A stretch of DNA of 58,854 nt, the filler included, from Stramenopiles sp. TOSAG23-3 (taxonomy: Eukaryota): the NCBI GenBank assembly GCA_900128585.1. It is 6 parts of 6 records of this genome, joined end to end, with 100 filler letters (N's around TTAATTAATTAA, not from the genome) between each part and the next. Parts side by side here need not be neighbours in the genome. Positions count along the whole stretch, not along the records: positions 1 to 17,609 come from LT642446.1; 5 more parts are not named here. The stretch is one strand, 5' to 3'. Below the pieces are notes generated by a model, which saw only the letters and a list, made by a program, of their open reading frames with translations, was not told where the DNA came from and did no database searches. Positions 1 through 11,509 of this stretch are shown here, piece by piece. The translations under genes and the position numbers were made by a program. Numbering within the stretch: the stretch's first letter is position 1; each line of letters opens with the position of its first letter.

Positions 1-43
1 AAGAAAATTGGCTGTTATACCATATGAATAAATTTCCAACACG

Positions 44-1150
44 TTAAGAAATGCGCTTCACCACAAACATTTCCAACTTATCGTGCGGCCTAGAGTTAAA
101 ATTTTGATTCTTCCTCAGAAAAGTGGAACAGTCTTCTCCGGAGATAGCCTCGTCCATGGAGCTTATGTCGAAGCCCTGCGAAGCGATAATGCTGGAGAAT
201 TTGTCCACGCCATACCGGTTGGCGTCCGAGCCAAGGACAAAGTAACCCGTCCCCGTCTCGGTCAAAAATCGGTCCAGCATCCGCGCAACCCCGAGACAGT
301 CCGATTCTTCGCAGATGACATCGGAGCCGACGATCACATCGACCGTTCTCTCCCCTATACCGCTTGTATCCTCTTCCAACTTATCCCAATCGCATCGAAC
401 AGCGCTGGCTACGTTGGCGGATGAGATGCAACACTCGTCCTTGAAGGGGGCGCTGTTCACGTGCGCAGCTTCCGAATTCAACAGGATGTTGAACTTTGCT
501 GTTGCCACAATTTTAGGGTGGAAATCAGTAATGTACGTGCGCTTTGCAAACGCCGAAGCCAGGACACCGCACAGCCCGACCCCGCTCCCAACTTCAAGCA
601 CAGTTTTCCCTCGAAAAATCGATTCACCGTTCCGTACAATCCACCATGCTAGTTTTATCGCCGCGTCCCAAAGGTAATACCCGACCGTTGAGTTTGGTTT
701 CCCGTCGCTTGAGCTGATATCCCCAGCATTTTTTGGAACAATGCGAAGGAGGACCTTTTTCCCTTTCAGCGGCTCGAACAAAAATTCCAACGGACGACGC
801 CTGTCTTCATCGTCGATGGAAAGTCCTTTGCTCATCGGAAACTGCGCACAGTTTACACTGCAAGAGTCTATTGCGTCTCCAGCGGCAGCAACCACGTTTT
901 CGTTCTTCGATCCAAGGAGCTTCAACAACGCGTTGTGGCCTCCGAGGACACCGAACTCATACGCAGCTTCAATGTCGTTGCAAAATGCAAACGACAGCCA
1001 ATCAAGAATCTTCACCAAGACAGACTCCTCTTGTCGACCCGCTGTTTTTAACGTGTCCACAATTTCTTCTAATTTTCTCCCCACCCGCGCCCGAAGCACC
1101 GCACGCGGTGACACGTCGCTGTACTCCTCGCCGGCCGCCAAGCTGGACAT
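44..1150 (-). CDS. Seven-beta-strand protein (lysine/histidine) methyltransferase, Methyltransf_16 family, with N-terminal ARM-like segment
   Basis: Motifs GYYLWDAAIKLA, VLEVGSGVG (SAM-binding motif I), TDF, DW and DVIVGSDVI. First in-frame ATG is at 1150; the ORF track starts at an upstream TTG. Confidence 0.85.
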   Translation of the reverse strand: MSSLAAGEEYSDVSPRAVLRARVGRKLEEIVDTLKTAGRQEESVLVKILDWLSFAFCNDIEAAYEFGVLGGHNALLKLLGSKNENVVAAAGDAIDSCSVNCAQFPMSKGLSIDDEDRRRPLEFLFEPLKGKKVLLRIVPKNAGDISSSDGKPNSTVGYYLWDAAIKLAWWIVRNGESIFRGKTVLEVGSGVGLCGVLASAFAKRTYITDFHPKIVATAKFNILLNSEAAHVNSAPFKDECCISSANVASAVRCDWDKLEEDTSGIGERTVDVIVGSDVICEESDCLGVARMLDRFLTETGTGYFVLGSDANRYGVDKFSSIIASQGFDISSMDEAISGEDCSTFLRKNQNFNSRPHDKLEMFVVKRIS

Positions 1151-1694
1151 GTTGCTCCCACCACAAAAAATGTCCACGCCGTTCCAAATCGTACTATTCA
1201 ATCCTTCACAAAATGATCAATTCAAAGAGAACAGTCCTCTACCACTCTTTGATAAACGATTAAGCACATAAATCAATCGTCAATAGTGCTTTAAAAAAAT
1301 TCTTTCGAATATAATATTTTCTCGATTCTTCTGTCTGGTGGTTGGACGGGAAAGAAGGGAGAAGAATTGTGTTGAGGAGGAGTGTATTATTATTGGAAGG
1401 AAGAAGAAGAATCCGTGAACCCGAATAATATTCCTATTCAAAATTGTATTGTTTAATTTGGTTTAAGTATAATAATATATTTGAAATTATAACGTCGGTA
1501 AAAAAATGGAAAAACAGTGTTTTTGTTGAGAAACAAAAGAAACGATTCATACGCTTTGGGGTTGTTAGAAGAAAATATAACATTTGGAAATAGGCAGGGT
1601 ACCTTGCCACCCCAGTTCTTCCGGTACTCACGTGTAACGCCTGATTGTTCTCTTCGCTCGCCTTTCTAGTTTGTGTGGTTGGGAGGTGTGTGCC

Positions 1695-4151
1695 ATGAAC
1701 AACGACTCTGTTGCCGAAAGGTACGTGTTGGCTTGCGACCGAAGGGGCATTGTAGAGGTTACTGAATTTTTTCACGCTTTGAAAGATGCTAGGGAAGACC
1801 GATGTGATCTAAACAGTTCGACTCTTGGGCGTTCAATGAAAGAGGAAGACTTGGAATGTGTGGCGGGCTTGTTTGAAGAAGGGAGTCACATTCGTGACCT
1901 GGACATAGGCGGACACGGTCTACCTTGTTCTGCGGGGGCGCACGTCGCTCGAATGCTAGAGAATAGTGAAGCCCTCGAGAAAATAAATATCTCAAGCAAC
2001 GATTTGAGGGACGAGGGAATCGGGGCGATCGCACGAATCTTGCACAATAGTAAACTGCGCGTTTTAAACGCGAGCAGCACGGGGCTGGGGATTCAGAGTT
2101 TGGGTCAACTGATGCACTCGTTTGAACTCGGCGCCCCGACGTTTTTGGCAGAGCTGTCCCTGGAGGGCAATTCTATCGAGTGTGAAGGCGCAAGGATTAT
2201 CGCCAACGGTTTATTAGTTGCCAGGTCGCTCCGATCATTGTCGTTGCGATTTAATAGTATCGGTAACAAAGGAGCGAACTGTCTGTGGACTGCCATGTTT
2301 CAAGTTGCCAGCAATGCCACGAGTGGTGGGAACAATTATGGATTGTGTAGTTTAGACTTGAGTTCAAATTTAATTAAGGACGATGGGGTCGAGGCCCTGT
2401 TGAACGAAGGGGGCATCTCCTCGGTCCACTGCACGGTTCTCCCGCTTCAGCGCCTCTCGCTCCGCTCAAACGGGCTGACGGACGACAGCGCCGCAAATAT
2501 CGCGGAGTTGTTGGTGGATGGGTCAGGATCATTGTCAAACTTGTCTCAGTTCTATTTGGGGGCTAATCTGAACATGACGGAAGGCGCCCTTATAAGTTTT
2601 GCACGAGCAATCCCTAGGGCCAGCGCTTTGGCGCGTTTGGATTTGCAAAATATTTGTTTGAGCGAATTAGGCGCGAGCGAACTGGCCCGGGCCATACAGT
2701 TGAATCCAACGCTGATGCAACTTGTTGTGGACGGGACGATTCTATTGTCAGGAGCAGAGCAATTGGAGGGCATCAGCGACGCGTTGACTTCCAACACCAA
2801 CTTTGAGGAACTAACGTTGGGGCAGCTCGACAAAGGAATTGCGGAGGGACAGCAGCTGGAAGCGAAGCGGTGGCTGGAGAAAATATCGAACACCCTGAAA
2901 ATGAACAGAAGGATGCACGGTGTATTGTCAAACCACAGCGCAAAAGGGAAAGCGTTACTGTCTTTGGATGAAGCCATTGATGCGGGGGAGCCGGCATTGC
3001 TGCCCGCCCCCACAGGCTTCGTGCAGGCGCAAACAGGAGGGTCGAACGAGAATCCCATCAACCCGTTTGCCAACATGCTGGGCGACACCCTCGGGGCGCC
3101 GTGGACACCGCTGAAAACCACGGTTACGGGTTTTAATGTAGGCACTTTCGACGCTAATCGCGCCGAGAGTGATGGGTGGGGGGTGGCAAAAGGGGTCGAT
3201 GACCCTTTTGCTATTGATAGTCCCAGTGCACCCGCGACAAATAACACAATCACGTTATCTCCGCCCCCCAGCGGAAGCAGTCCAAGCACGGCGACGATGA
3301 AGCGCCCGGGCCCGAGCGTGGAACGCCCGCCTGCCACCAGCGACCCTGACACGAGCATCACAGGGATGGATGATATACGAGAGAAGTTGAACTCATTAAG
3401 GGTGCAGTTCGACGCGTTTCAGCCCGATAGCACCACAGACAAACACGACGAAGCCGAGACACGATTTCGCCTGGCAGAACAGCTGTCTGAGCAGATCAAA
3501 CAGGAGTTGTGCGAGGAGTTTATGGGGAAGATGGTGGCGAAGGTAGACTGGGAGGATGCGTTGGAATCGTTGCACCAAGAGTTGGAACAAGACATCGCTT
3601 CTAAGGCCACGTCCCAGCAGTCGTTGGAAGAGCGAATAGCAAAGCTTGAGGAGGAGTCTCGCATTGCAAAAGAAGAGCGAGAACAGGCCGCCTTAATAGT
3701 AGGAGCCCTTTCGAAAAAGATTGACCAGGCAATAATCTTGCTGAAAGACACAATCGCTATTTCGGAGAACAGCAGCGGCAATGTAAATAACGAGGAAGTT
3801 CAAAAGTTTGTGGCCGTCGCAAAAGAGCTGGAAGAGTTCAAAGGGGTCAGGGAAGACATTAGGAACGAGTTTGTGGCGTACGAGGCCTCCCGGCGCTCGG
3901 AGATGGGCGTCTTTGAAAACCATTTGAGCGTTGTGTCGCACCGATTGAGAGTCTTGGAGCAGACCGTGGTGTCGGAGCAGGAATCGAATTTAAACACCTT
4001 GGAGGCCATCATGCGAGCCAGCCGCGAAAATAGCCCAGCGAAAAGAGACACCCCAGTCAGGCGGTCTACTCCTTCGCAGAGGAACTCCCCAGCAGCTCGC
4101 TCCACTCGGATGTCTTCTTCCAGAAGGAAAAGGACAACGGGACGATTTTGA
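1695..4151 (+). CDS. RNI-like leucine-rich repeat protein with Pro/Ser-rich linker and C-terminal coiled coil
   Basis: Repeated LxxLxLxxNxIxxxGAxxLA units (LAELSLEGNSIECEGARIIA, LRSLSLRFNSIGNKGANCL) and a heptad-rich C-terminus. First ATG at 1695. Confidence 0.85.
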   Translation: MNNDSVAERYVLACDRRGIVEVTEFFHALKDAREDRCDLNSSTLGRSMKEEDLECVAGLFEEGSHIRDLDIGGHGLPCSAGAHVARMLENSEALEKINISSNDLRDEGIGAIARILHNSKLRVLNASSTGLGIQSLGQLMHSFELGAPTFLAELSLEGNSIECEGARIIANGLLVARSLRSLSLRFNSIGNKGANCLWTAMFQVASNATSGGNNYGLCSLDLSSNLIKDDGVEALLNEGGISSVHCTVLPLQRLSLRSNGLTDDSAANIAELLVDGSGSLSNLSQFYLGANLNMTEGALISFARAIPRASALARLDLQNICLSELGASELARAIQLNPTLMQLVVDGTILLSGAEQLEGISDALTSNTNFEELTLGQLDKGIAEGQQLEAKRWLEKISNTLKMNRRMHGVLSNHSAKGKALLSLDEAIDAGEPALLPAPTGFVQAQTGGSNENPINPFANMLGDTLGAPWTPLKTTVTGFNVGTFDANRAESDGWGVAKGVDDPFAIDSPSAPATNNTITLSPPPSGSSPSTATMKRPGPSVERPPATSDPDTSITGMDDIREKLNSLRVQFDAFQPDSTTDKHDEAETRFRLAEQLSEQIKQELCEEFMGKMVAKVDWEDALESLHQELEQDIASKATSQQSLEERIAKLEEESRIAKEEREQAALIVGALSKKIDQAIILLKDTIAISENSSGNVNNEEVQKFVAVAKELEEFKGVREDIRNEFVAYEASRRSEMGVFENHLSVVSHRLRVLEQTVVSEQESNLNTLEAIMRASRENSPAKRDTPVRRSTPSQRNSPAARSTRMSSSRRKRTTGRF

Positions 4152-4331
4152 TCAGTTGGCCTGGGCGTAATATTATAATTTGTTTTCATAAATTAGATAT
4201 AATTCTAGAAAGCATAAACTACAAGCTTATCAGATTCATAACAACAGGCATCTTGTAAAGATAATACGAAGTACTTTGTACGAGTATCCCTGCGAAAATA
4301 ATCTCCTAAAAACTCTGTAAGAAAGAACCCC

Positions 4332-5849
4332 TCAGGCCAGCCCTTGGGATGCATACCTCTCTTCAATGTTTTGAGACTGGTAGTCGGTGTACTTTTTCAG
4401 TGACTGCCGGTCGTGAACCCTTCGAATGCACTCTGCGACCAAGCCCGACACGGACACACGCACGACTTTGGGAACTTCCCCTTCACTGCGTGGTGTCAAA
4501 AACTTCTTATCGTGTCGCCACGGGATCGTGTCCGTCACGACAACTTGTTCCAAATGCTCCGACTGCATGATCCGCTCCAGCGCATTCTCACTGAAAACCC
4601 CGTGGGTCGCAAACGCGTACACCTTCAGCGCCCCCCTCTCCTTCAACATTTTCGCTCGGCGCAGGAGTGCCGAGCCGGTGTCTACCATATCGTCCACAAT
4701 AATGACGTCTCTACCTTTCACATCCCCGACCAAGTCAAGGCTCCCGTACATGCGCTTCTTCTGCTCCCTGCGCCGCTCCTTGTCGTCTCTCGACAAGCTG
4801 TGGGGGTACGGGACGTCCGGCACGAAGACGTTGTCGTCGACGGCAACTTCCGGAATGAACAGGGCAAGTTTAATCTTCATTTTTTCCATTTCCCCGTCGT
4901 TCCAGCGGTACCCGGACCCAATGAGCCCGGATTGAAAATCTCTAGTTTTTTTCGTGCAGGTAGGGCTGGCCGACACCATGACTGCATTCTTGGACACGAT
5001 GGGGCGGAAGTATTCAACACCTGCCAGAGTTCCCTCGATGTCATCTACGGGCGTGTTGTTCGCAAAAAATCCTTGAATCTGCCCTTGTCCAGGGGGCTGC
5101 AAGTCCACGGTAACGAAGTGGTCGACCCCCATGACTTCCAACATTTTTGCGACGTCGGCCGCCGCGATGGCAGCCGTGGAGTCCACGGACTTTTTTCGCT
5201 TGACGCTTTCCCCCCCAATTTCTAATTTGTACCCGTAGAACGGTATCACTGCCGTAATCTTCTTCGCCGATGCGCGGCGGCAGGCGCTTACCATCAACAC
5301 GAGCTCCATCAAATTGTCGTTCGATGGACTGCACGTCGGCTGGATCAAGTAGCAGTCTTTCCCCCGCACGCTTTCCTCCAGCTTCACGTTGGTCTCCCCG
5401 TCCAAAAACTTTCCAACCGTAATTTTTGAAAGGGTCATGCCGAGCTTCGTAGCAATGTCTTTCGCGAGCTCTGGGTTTCCATTGCCCGCGAACAACTTTA
5501 CGTGGGAGTCGCGGTCTTCGAACCCAGACTCAATTTCTGGGGCGTCTCCTCCCTCGTTCTCCTGGGGCGTCCCCGCCTTCGCCGAGTCCGCGAAGGCGTC
5601 GGAGCCGAAGAGGCATAGTCCAGTGGTTCCTAGAGCCACAACGGTGGCCGCCAGAAACGTGTTGCCCTCAGCAGCACGACCCCACTTTATCTTTGGAAAC
5701 GACCCCCCGGCGCGAAACCCACCCCTTGACGACGAGACCGTTCGCACGGAAAGACGACCCTGCCCCAGAGCGCCTCTGACAAACGCCGTCCTGACCCCAG
5801 CCGCCCCCCCAACCGCTCGCGGCACCCTGGCAACGAAACGTAAAAACAT
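4332..5849 (-). CDS. Ribose-phosphate pyrophosphokinase (PRPP synthetase) family protein, probably organelle-targeted, with degenerate catalytic motifs
   Basis: Motifs KLFAGNGNPELA, FLDGETNV, NDNLMELVLM, QIQGFF, IVDDMVDTG and ATHGVFS. Arg-rich, acid-poor N-terminal extension followed by a hydrophobic stretch. Confidence 0.9.
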   Translation of the reverse strand: MFLRFVARVPRAVGGAAGVRTAFVRGALGQGRLSVRTVSSSRGGFRAGGSFPKIKWGRAAEGNTFLAATVVALGTTGLCLFGSDAFADSAKAGTPQENEGGDAPEIESGFEDRDSHVKLFAGNGNPELAKDIATKLGMTLSKITVGKFLDGETNVKLEESVRGKDCYLIQPTCSPSNDNLMELVLMVSACRRASAKKITAVIPFYGYKLEIGGESVKRKKSVDSTAAIAAADVAKMLEVMGVDHFVTVDLQPPGQGQIQGFFANNTPVDDIEGTLAGVEYFRPIVSKNAVMVSASPTCTKKTRDFQSGLIGSGYRWNDGEMEKMKIKLALFIPEVAVDDNVFVPDVPYPHSLSRDDKERRREQKKRMYGSLDLVGDVKGRDVIIVDDMVDTGSALLRRAKMLKERGALKVYAFATHGVFSENALERIMQSEHLEQVVVTDTIPWRHDKKFLTPRSEGEVPKVVRVSVSGLVAECIRRVHDRQSLKKYTDYQSQNIEERYASQGLA

Positions 5850-6849
5850 CCTTGGAAGAAGACAATTCCTATTAGAACCCGAACAGTACCGTCCAATGAA
5901 AATAAAGGAACAAGTTTTACGAAACGTTTATAACCTACTTGTCTAATTTTTATCTATCTATCTATCTATTTCTATGCATTTTCTTTTTTCTCTTTTCATT
6001 CCCTGTGTATATATGTCTTAAAAAATTCAAGTGTTGGGAAATAAAGGCAGGCGGCAATAATAAAACGAACAAAACCACCTTCTTCTTCTTTATTTGGTAT
6101 TATTATTATTATTATTATTTATTATTCTTATTATGTTTTAATAATTTTTTTGTATTTTTGTATTTTTAATACCGGCATAGTACCGTCCGTGTGTAGTATT
6201 AATACCCTGTAATTACATCCATCTCTTTCTAATTTTTTTTACCATATGAATAGTAGCTGTTAGTTATTACATGGAATCCAATGTGTTGAGTGTTCCTTTT
6301 TTTTTAATTATAAAAAGTATCTTTTCTCTTCGCTATTTAAATCCATATCTATTATATATAGACACAGTACGAAGTAGTAATCTATTATTTAAAAAAAATT
6401 AAAGATTTAGATAGATAACTATTTCATAATAACTAATAATACGTAGTATAGAATTAGAGGATATTAAATTGACATTAATAAATAATCATAAATGATTTAT
6501 TAAAGCACCTATATATGTACATTATATTACATGCGTAGAAATTGAGGTTCTTCGTAGTACAGATACTCGTATTATAGTGTAAGTACGTAGAGAATAGATA
6601 TTTATTGGATTTATATAAAGAGGGCATCAATCGTTGCTTCGTTGCTTCGTGCACTTTCCTTGGCTTATTTACGAGGAATTATATCATCCTCGTAGTTCGT
6701 AGTCGTTTATCTATGTATAAATTACAAAGGCTCTAATACTTCTTTTCTTCCTAGCCAACCAGTCCATCATCATCAGAGATATGAGAAAAGAAATGAGTCC
6801 AAAAATAGACTTTTATTAGGATGTGTGTATATAGAAGATAATCAAATCC

Positions 6850-7035
6850 CCTTCTCTTTTCTTCTCTTCTCTTCTCTTTTCTTCTTCTGTTCTTCTCTTC
6901 TCTCTTCTCTTTTCTTTTCTTCTCTTCTCTTCTCTTCTCTTCTTCTGTTCTTCTCTTTTCTTTTCTTTTCTTTTCTTTTCTTTTCTTCCCTTCTTCTGTT
7001 CTTCTCTTTTCTTTTCTTCCCTTCCCTTCTCTTCC
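6850..7035. repeat. Polypyrimidine (CTTTT/CTCTT)n microsatellite
   Basis: Directly visible low-complexity tract. Confidence 0.9.
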
Positions 7036-7367
7036 ATATGTCATATATAAAAATACAATGGGAGGACCATTACACAGCAGGGATTTATTTTGTTGAATAA
7101 TATTTTTTGTTGTTGTTTTTTTTGTTGTTTTTTTTTGTGGCCGCTTCGCTTAAAATAATAGTCTACTATATAATTAATACAGAGAGATGATCAGAGATTA
7201 TTTATTTCGAGAATTTCAGATTTACACTTTCCAACAGAAAAGTTTAATATTATTATTGATCTTTCAAGATTCTATTCATTCATTTACGCTTTGTTCGGTT
7301 TCTACCACAGTGTTGTTGTTATTGTAACGAAACCGATTTGTACGTACGTTGAAGGAACACACTCAGG

Positions 7368-8873
7368 ATGGCGTCATTAGCGAGCGAGGACGCTGGCAAA
7401 AACGATGGGACGGAAGAACTAGCGGAGAAATTAGAAACGTCTGCAGTTGTATCGACTGGTGAAAAGAAGAAGAAGAAGAAAAAAAAGAAGAAGAAAAGCA
7501 AGGCTGGGCCCGGAGCATCCAACGCAGATAGTGCCAACTCGACTGCGAAAGCGGGGGAAACCGCGGTCGCGAAGAAAGGGGGGAAAACCATGGAAGAGAC
7601 AGTATCGTCCATGACGGCAGAGCAAAAGAAGCTGCTGTTCCAGGCCATGTTTGGGCGGCGCAGCTTGCGCGGCAAGGAGGCCGTTGCCGCCGCGGCCAAC
7701 AAGGAGCACAAATTTTGGGACACCCAGCCCGTCCCAAAAGTGGACGAGGATACGTCAACGGAAGAGGTCGGCCGGCCCATACACGAGCTGAAGACGCCGG
7801 ACGACGTTTCGCCAGACCCGTTGAAGCTTCCCGGAGGGTTCGAGTGGGTGAGCATGGACGTCACGAAGGACGAGGAAATCGATGAGATTTACGACCTGCT
7901 GTTTCGAAACTATGTAGAGGACGACGACAACATGTTCCGGTTCGACTACTCGAGGGAGTTTCTCAAGTGGGCCCTACAGCCCCCTGGGTACTTCCCAGAG
8001 TGGCACGTCGGGGTCCGACAGTCCAACAACGGGAAGTTGCGCGCCCTGATCACGGGGATTCCCGTCGGCGTTGCCGTCCACGGCAACGAGAAGAAGATGT
8101 GCGAGATTAACTTTTTGTGCGTCCACAAGAAGCTTCGTTCGAAACGTGTCGCCCCCGTCTTGATCCAAGAGGTGACCCGGCGGGTGAACCGCCGCGATAT
8201 TTGGCAGGCAGTCTACACCGCCGGCGTCGTCCTACCGAAACCGGTCGGGCAGACTCGGTACTGGCACCGTTCCATCAACCCGCAAAAGTTGATCGAGGTA
8301 AAGTTTTCTCGCCTTCAACCCCGCATGACGATGAACCGCACGATTCGCCTGTACAAGCTCCCCGAAGAGGCCCTCACCCCTGGCCTCAGGCCGATGACGA
8401 TGGTGGACGTCCCGAGCGCACGGGCCTTGTTGAAGAAATACTTGAGCGACACCCGCTTCAAGCTTCACATCGATTTTGAATCGGACGAAGAGTTTGCCCA
8501 CTGGCTTCTCCCGCGCGAAGGCGTGGTGTCCAGCTATGTCGTCACCGACAACGACGGAAAGGTGACGGACCTTTGCAGTTACTACCATTTAAATTCGACC
8601 ATCATTGGAAACGACAAGTACAAGACTTTGTTCGCGGCGTACTCGTTCTACAACGTTGCCACGACGACCACGTTGACAAAGTTGATGAAGGATCTGCTCA
8701 TCCTGTCCAAAAAGACGAAAGTCGATGTCTTCAATTTACTAGACGTCATGGACAACACGGAGATCTTGGAAGAGCTTAAGTTTGGCATAGGCGATGGATA
8801 TTTGCAGTATTACTTGTACAACTGGCGCTGCAAGCAAGTCGAAGCCCCGGAGATAGGAATCGTTCTCTTGTAG
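7368..8873 (+). CDS. NMT: Glycylpeptide N-myristoyltransferase
   Basis: Motifs HKFWDTQPVP, NYVEDDDNMFRFDYS, EINFLCVHKKLRSKRVAPVLI, KFGIGDGYLQYYLYNW and C-terminal GIVLL; N-terminal poly-Lys. Confidence 0.98.
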   Translation: MASLASEDAGKNDGTEELAEKLETSAVVSTGEKKKKKKKKKKKSKAGPGASNADSANSTAKAGETAVAKKGGKTMEETVSSMTAEQKKLLFQAMFGRRSLRGKEAVAAAANKEHKFWDTQPVPKVDEDTSTEEVGRPIHELKTPDDVSPDPLKLPGGFEWVSMDVTKDEEIDEIYDLLFRNYVEDDDNMFRFDYSREFLKWALQPPGYFPEWHVGVRQSNNGKLRALITGIPVGVAVHGNEKKMCEINFLCVHKKLRSKRVAPVLIQEVTRRVNRRDIWQAVYTAGVVLPKPVGQTRYWHRSINPQKLIEVKFSRLQPRMTMNRTIRLYKLPEEALTPGLRPMTMVDVPSARALLKKYLSDTRFKLHIDFESDEEFAHWLLPREGVVSSYVVTDNDGKVTDLCSYYHLNSTIIGNDKYKTLFAAYSFYNVATTTTLTKLMKDLLILSKKTKVDVFNLLDVMDNTEILEELKFGIGDGYLQYYLYNWRCKQVEAPEIGIVLL

Positions 8874-9106
8874 CGAGGACTGAGAGAGAGAGAGAACAGT
8901 GGACAACACAGATAGAGCGCTAAATAGTGCTTCTCGCGTAAAATTCTATCAAAGTAGTATGATATCATATGATACGTTACGATTAACCAAATAAAAGTTG
9001 CTTTTCCTCGTAAGGTAGCTTGTGAAGTATTTTACTTTTTACACTTTTTCACGACACAACATTTGCTTTAGAAAAAAAAGTCTAGAATGCATGTAACACG
9101 AATACT

Positions 9107-10645
9107 TTACAGAAAGTCTCCGTCCGTGTCGTCCTCTTGCAAGGCGTAATTCTCCGTTGCCCCATCCTTGGTGTTTCGGTTGCTGCTGCCCTCTCTGTCG
9201 TCGCCTTTGATGGAACTCAAAAAGCACGTGCAGGGTGTGTACAACAAAAGAATACACCCGGCAATGACACACGTCATGTTAAAGTTAAGGTGCTTTTGCA
9301 ACTGCGTTGCTAGCAACGGGCCAAGCATAAAGCCCAGGCAGACGCACATGTCTTGCAAGGCAAATATGGAGCCATTCGGAATCCTGTGCTCTGCCGCAAT
9401 TGCCCCCAGCAGGGCAATCGACGGAGTGTCTATAAAGGCAACACCAACCCCAGTGACGATTAAGCCAACAATCGTCACGGCAAGGGACTCGGACCAATAA
9501 AAAAGAACCAGGCCAATGCCCGCAATCAAGGGGCCCACACCAAATATTTTCCACTTCTTAACTTTGTCACTTAGGGCACCGGACAGTGGGGTGGCGAGCA
9601 GGTACGAAAGGCTCATTGCGGCGAAGGTAAGGCCCTGATGCAATTTGTTGTATTTGAATTGTTTAATCAGAAACAAGGGCAGCAGGACCTCCATCATCCC
9701 CACGCAAAAGTTGCCAAGTAAGTTCCCAAGCGCAACGATGCAGATCCTGGGGTTCCCAAGCAGCGAGAGCACTGCAGTAAGGTCGCACAGCTTCGGCGCC
9801 TCGTCGTCGCTGTCGACGCTGTCCATGGTATTTCGTCTAATGTTGCTCTGAAAATCAATAACGTTGTTCTCGTCGTGTGCCATCAAGTCATGCGACGAAA
9901 AGATAGGGTTCGGTGCGGTGCCCCCCTCGGAGTTGTTCATCGAGAGTCGCCGTTTTCCCGACAAACGCTCGTACCGTTCTGCGGGCCACCCAAAGTCGCC
10001 CACTTTCGTCTTTTGGGATCGCCGCAAATACCACAACTGACCAATCAAGTCTATAACCACGATGCCCATAACGATGTAAAATGGCGTGTAGACGTCTACA
10101 GCATACGAAATGACCCCCCCGAGGGGCGGACCAAGGACCACACCGGCAGCAATTCCACTGACAGCCATCGACATGGCTTTGCCATGAATACTTTCATCAT
10201 GACTTTCAGCAATAAGGGCCATCCCCCCGGCCATTATACCAGACGATGCCATACCCTGTATCCCCCGGGCAACTATACAGATTTTGTACCCATACGCAAC
10301 GCTATCCTCGTGACTGCTCACAATATTGACGTCCGGGTTGCTGGCCTGCTGCAACCCATACACGAAAAGCCCTGTGCTCAACGCGAGGATGAACGTAGTA
10401 AACGTCAGCACTACATTGGCCCCCGCCCTATTCACGACTGGCCCCATAAATATGTTTGAAACGATTTGTACTGCAGGCTTCGCAGAGAACACATACCCTA
10501 TGTCCGTTTCTTTGTAACCCTCGCTACCAAAAACGTCTGGAAGAATGGGTATGACCACGCTCAGTAGGAAGTAGTCCGCGAACAACCCCACGGCAACAAT
10601 CAGCAACAACTGCTTTTGCATGACAAAACTAGGGTAAGGTTTCAT
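9107..10645 (-). CDS. MFS transporter, SLC18/DHA1-like
   Basis: About 12 hydrophobic segments, motifs FADYFLLSVVIPILP, ARGIQG and GVVLGPPLGG, and a large central loop. Start uncertain: first in-frame ATG at 10645, and an upstream exon is possible. Confidence 0.88.
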   Translation of the reverse strand: MKPYPSFVMQKQLLLIVAVGLFADYFLLSVVIPILPDVFGSEGYKETDIGYVFSAKPAVQIVSNIFMGPVVNRAGANVVLTFTTFILALSTGLFVYGLQQASNPDVNIVSSHEDSVAYGYKICIVARGIQGMASSGIMAGGMALIAESHDESIHGKAMSMAVSGIAAGVVLGPPLGGVISYAVDVYTPFYIVMGIVVIDLIGQLWYLRRSQKTKVGDFGWPAERYERLSGKRRLSMNNSEGGTAPNPIFSSHDLMAHDENNVIDFQSNIRRNTMDSVDSDDEAPKLCDLTAVLSLLGNPRICIVALGNLLGNFCVGMMEVLLPLFLIKQFKYNKLHQGLTFAAMSLSYLLATPLSGALSDKVKKWKIFGVGPLIAGIGLVLFYWSESLAVTIVGLIVTGVGVAFIDTPSIALLGAIAAEHRIPNGSIFALQDMCVCLGFMLGPLLATQLQKHLNFNMTCVIAGCILLLYTPCTCFLSSIKGDDREGSSNRNTKDGATENYALQEDDTDGDFL

Positions 10646-10884
10646 GTTTAAAAACGACAAATCGCAACCACATGAAAATGAAGCTGCTATACCGCGATGA
10701 TCGAAACGACAAAATTAGTATAATCGCACACATTCGTATCAGGTGACTATTTAAATCCTATTTCTCTCCTCTGTGTGTACAAAAAAGACAAAGTAGACAA
10801 CACAAAACTGCTGCTGGGGCGGCGGGCGGCTGCTGCATTATTGCATGTATGTGTATACCTGGTATTATAATAAATATAATTTGT

Positions 10885-11200
10885 TGTCTTCTTCTTCTTC
10901 TTCCTTCTTCTTCTTCTTCTTCTTCTTTTTTTGTCGTCGTCTTCTTCTTCTTCTTTTCTTGTCGTCTTCTTGTTTGTTACCGTACGGTAGTTGTTTGTTT
11001 GTTTTTTGTTTTGTTTTGTTTTTGTTGTTGTTGTTGTTGCTATGGTACTATATTATTTATTTATTATTATTATTATATTTTTTTTTCTTCTTCTTTTCTT
11101 CTTCTTCTTCTTCTTCTTCTTCTTCTTCTTCTTCTTCTTTTCTTCTTCCTTCTTTTCGTTCTTCGTTCTTCTTTTCGTTCTTCTTCTTCTATTATACCAA
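10885..11200. repeat. (CTT)n/(GTT)n/(ATT)n microsatellite mosaic
   Basis: Directly visible trinucleotide tracts. Confidence 0.9.
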
Positions 11201-11509
11201 TTTGGTATCTTCTACTACTTACCTACCGGTACTACTAACTAAAAAAAAAAAATTATAAAAAAAAAAATAATAATAATAATATACAGTATATAAAAAATAA
11301 TAATAAATATTTTTTTATATTGAGTTGCCGGGTTGGAGAAAATGAATGATTAATCATTCAAATTATCCATTCATAGCAATTAGCAATTCATGTTGCTTAT
11401 AAACAGACAATTTTCAATACAGAACGAAACAGTTTGTTGTTTTCTAGAATCGATTCTACTCGAAGAAATTTCTGACGTTTCCCTCCAGTTGCACCATCCG
11501 GTCGTCGTC

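Noticed and set aside
10845..11258. Low-complexity ORFs in spacers (also 6751-7100, 13740-13976, 17090-17299, 33910-34146 and 51512-51721)
   Set aside because: They are translations of microsatellites.
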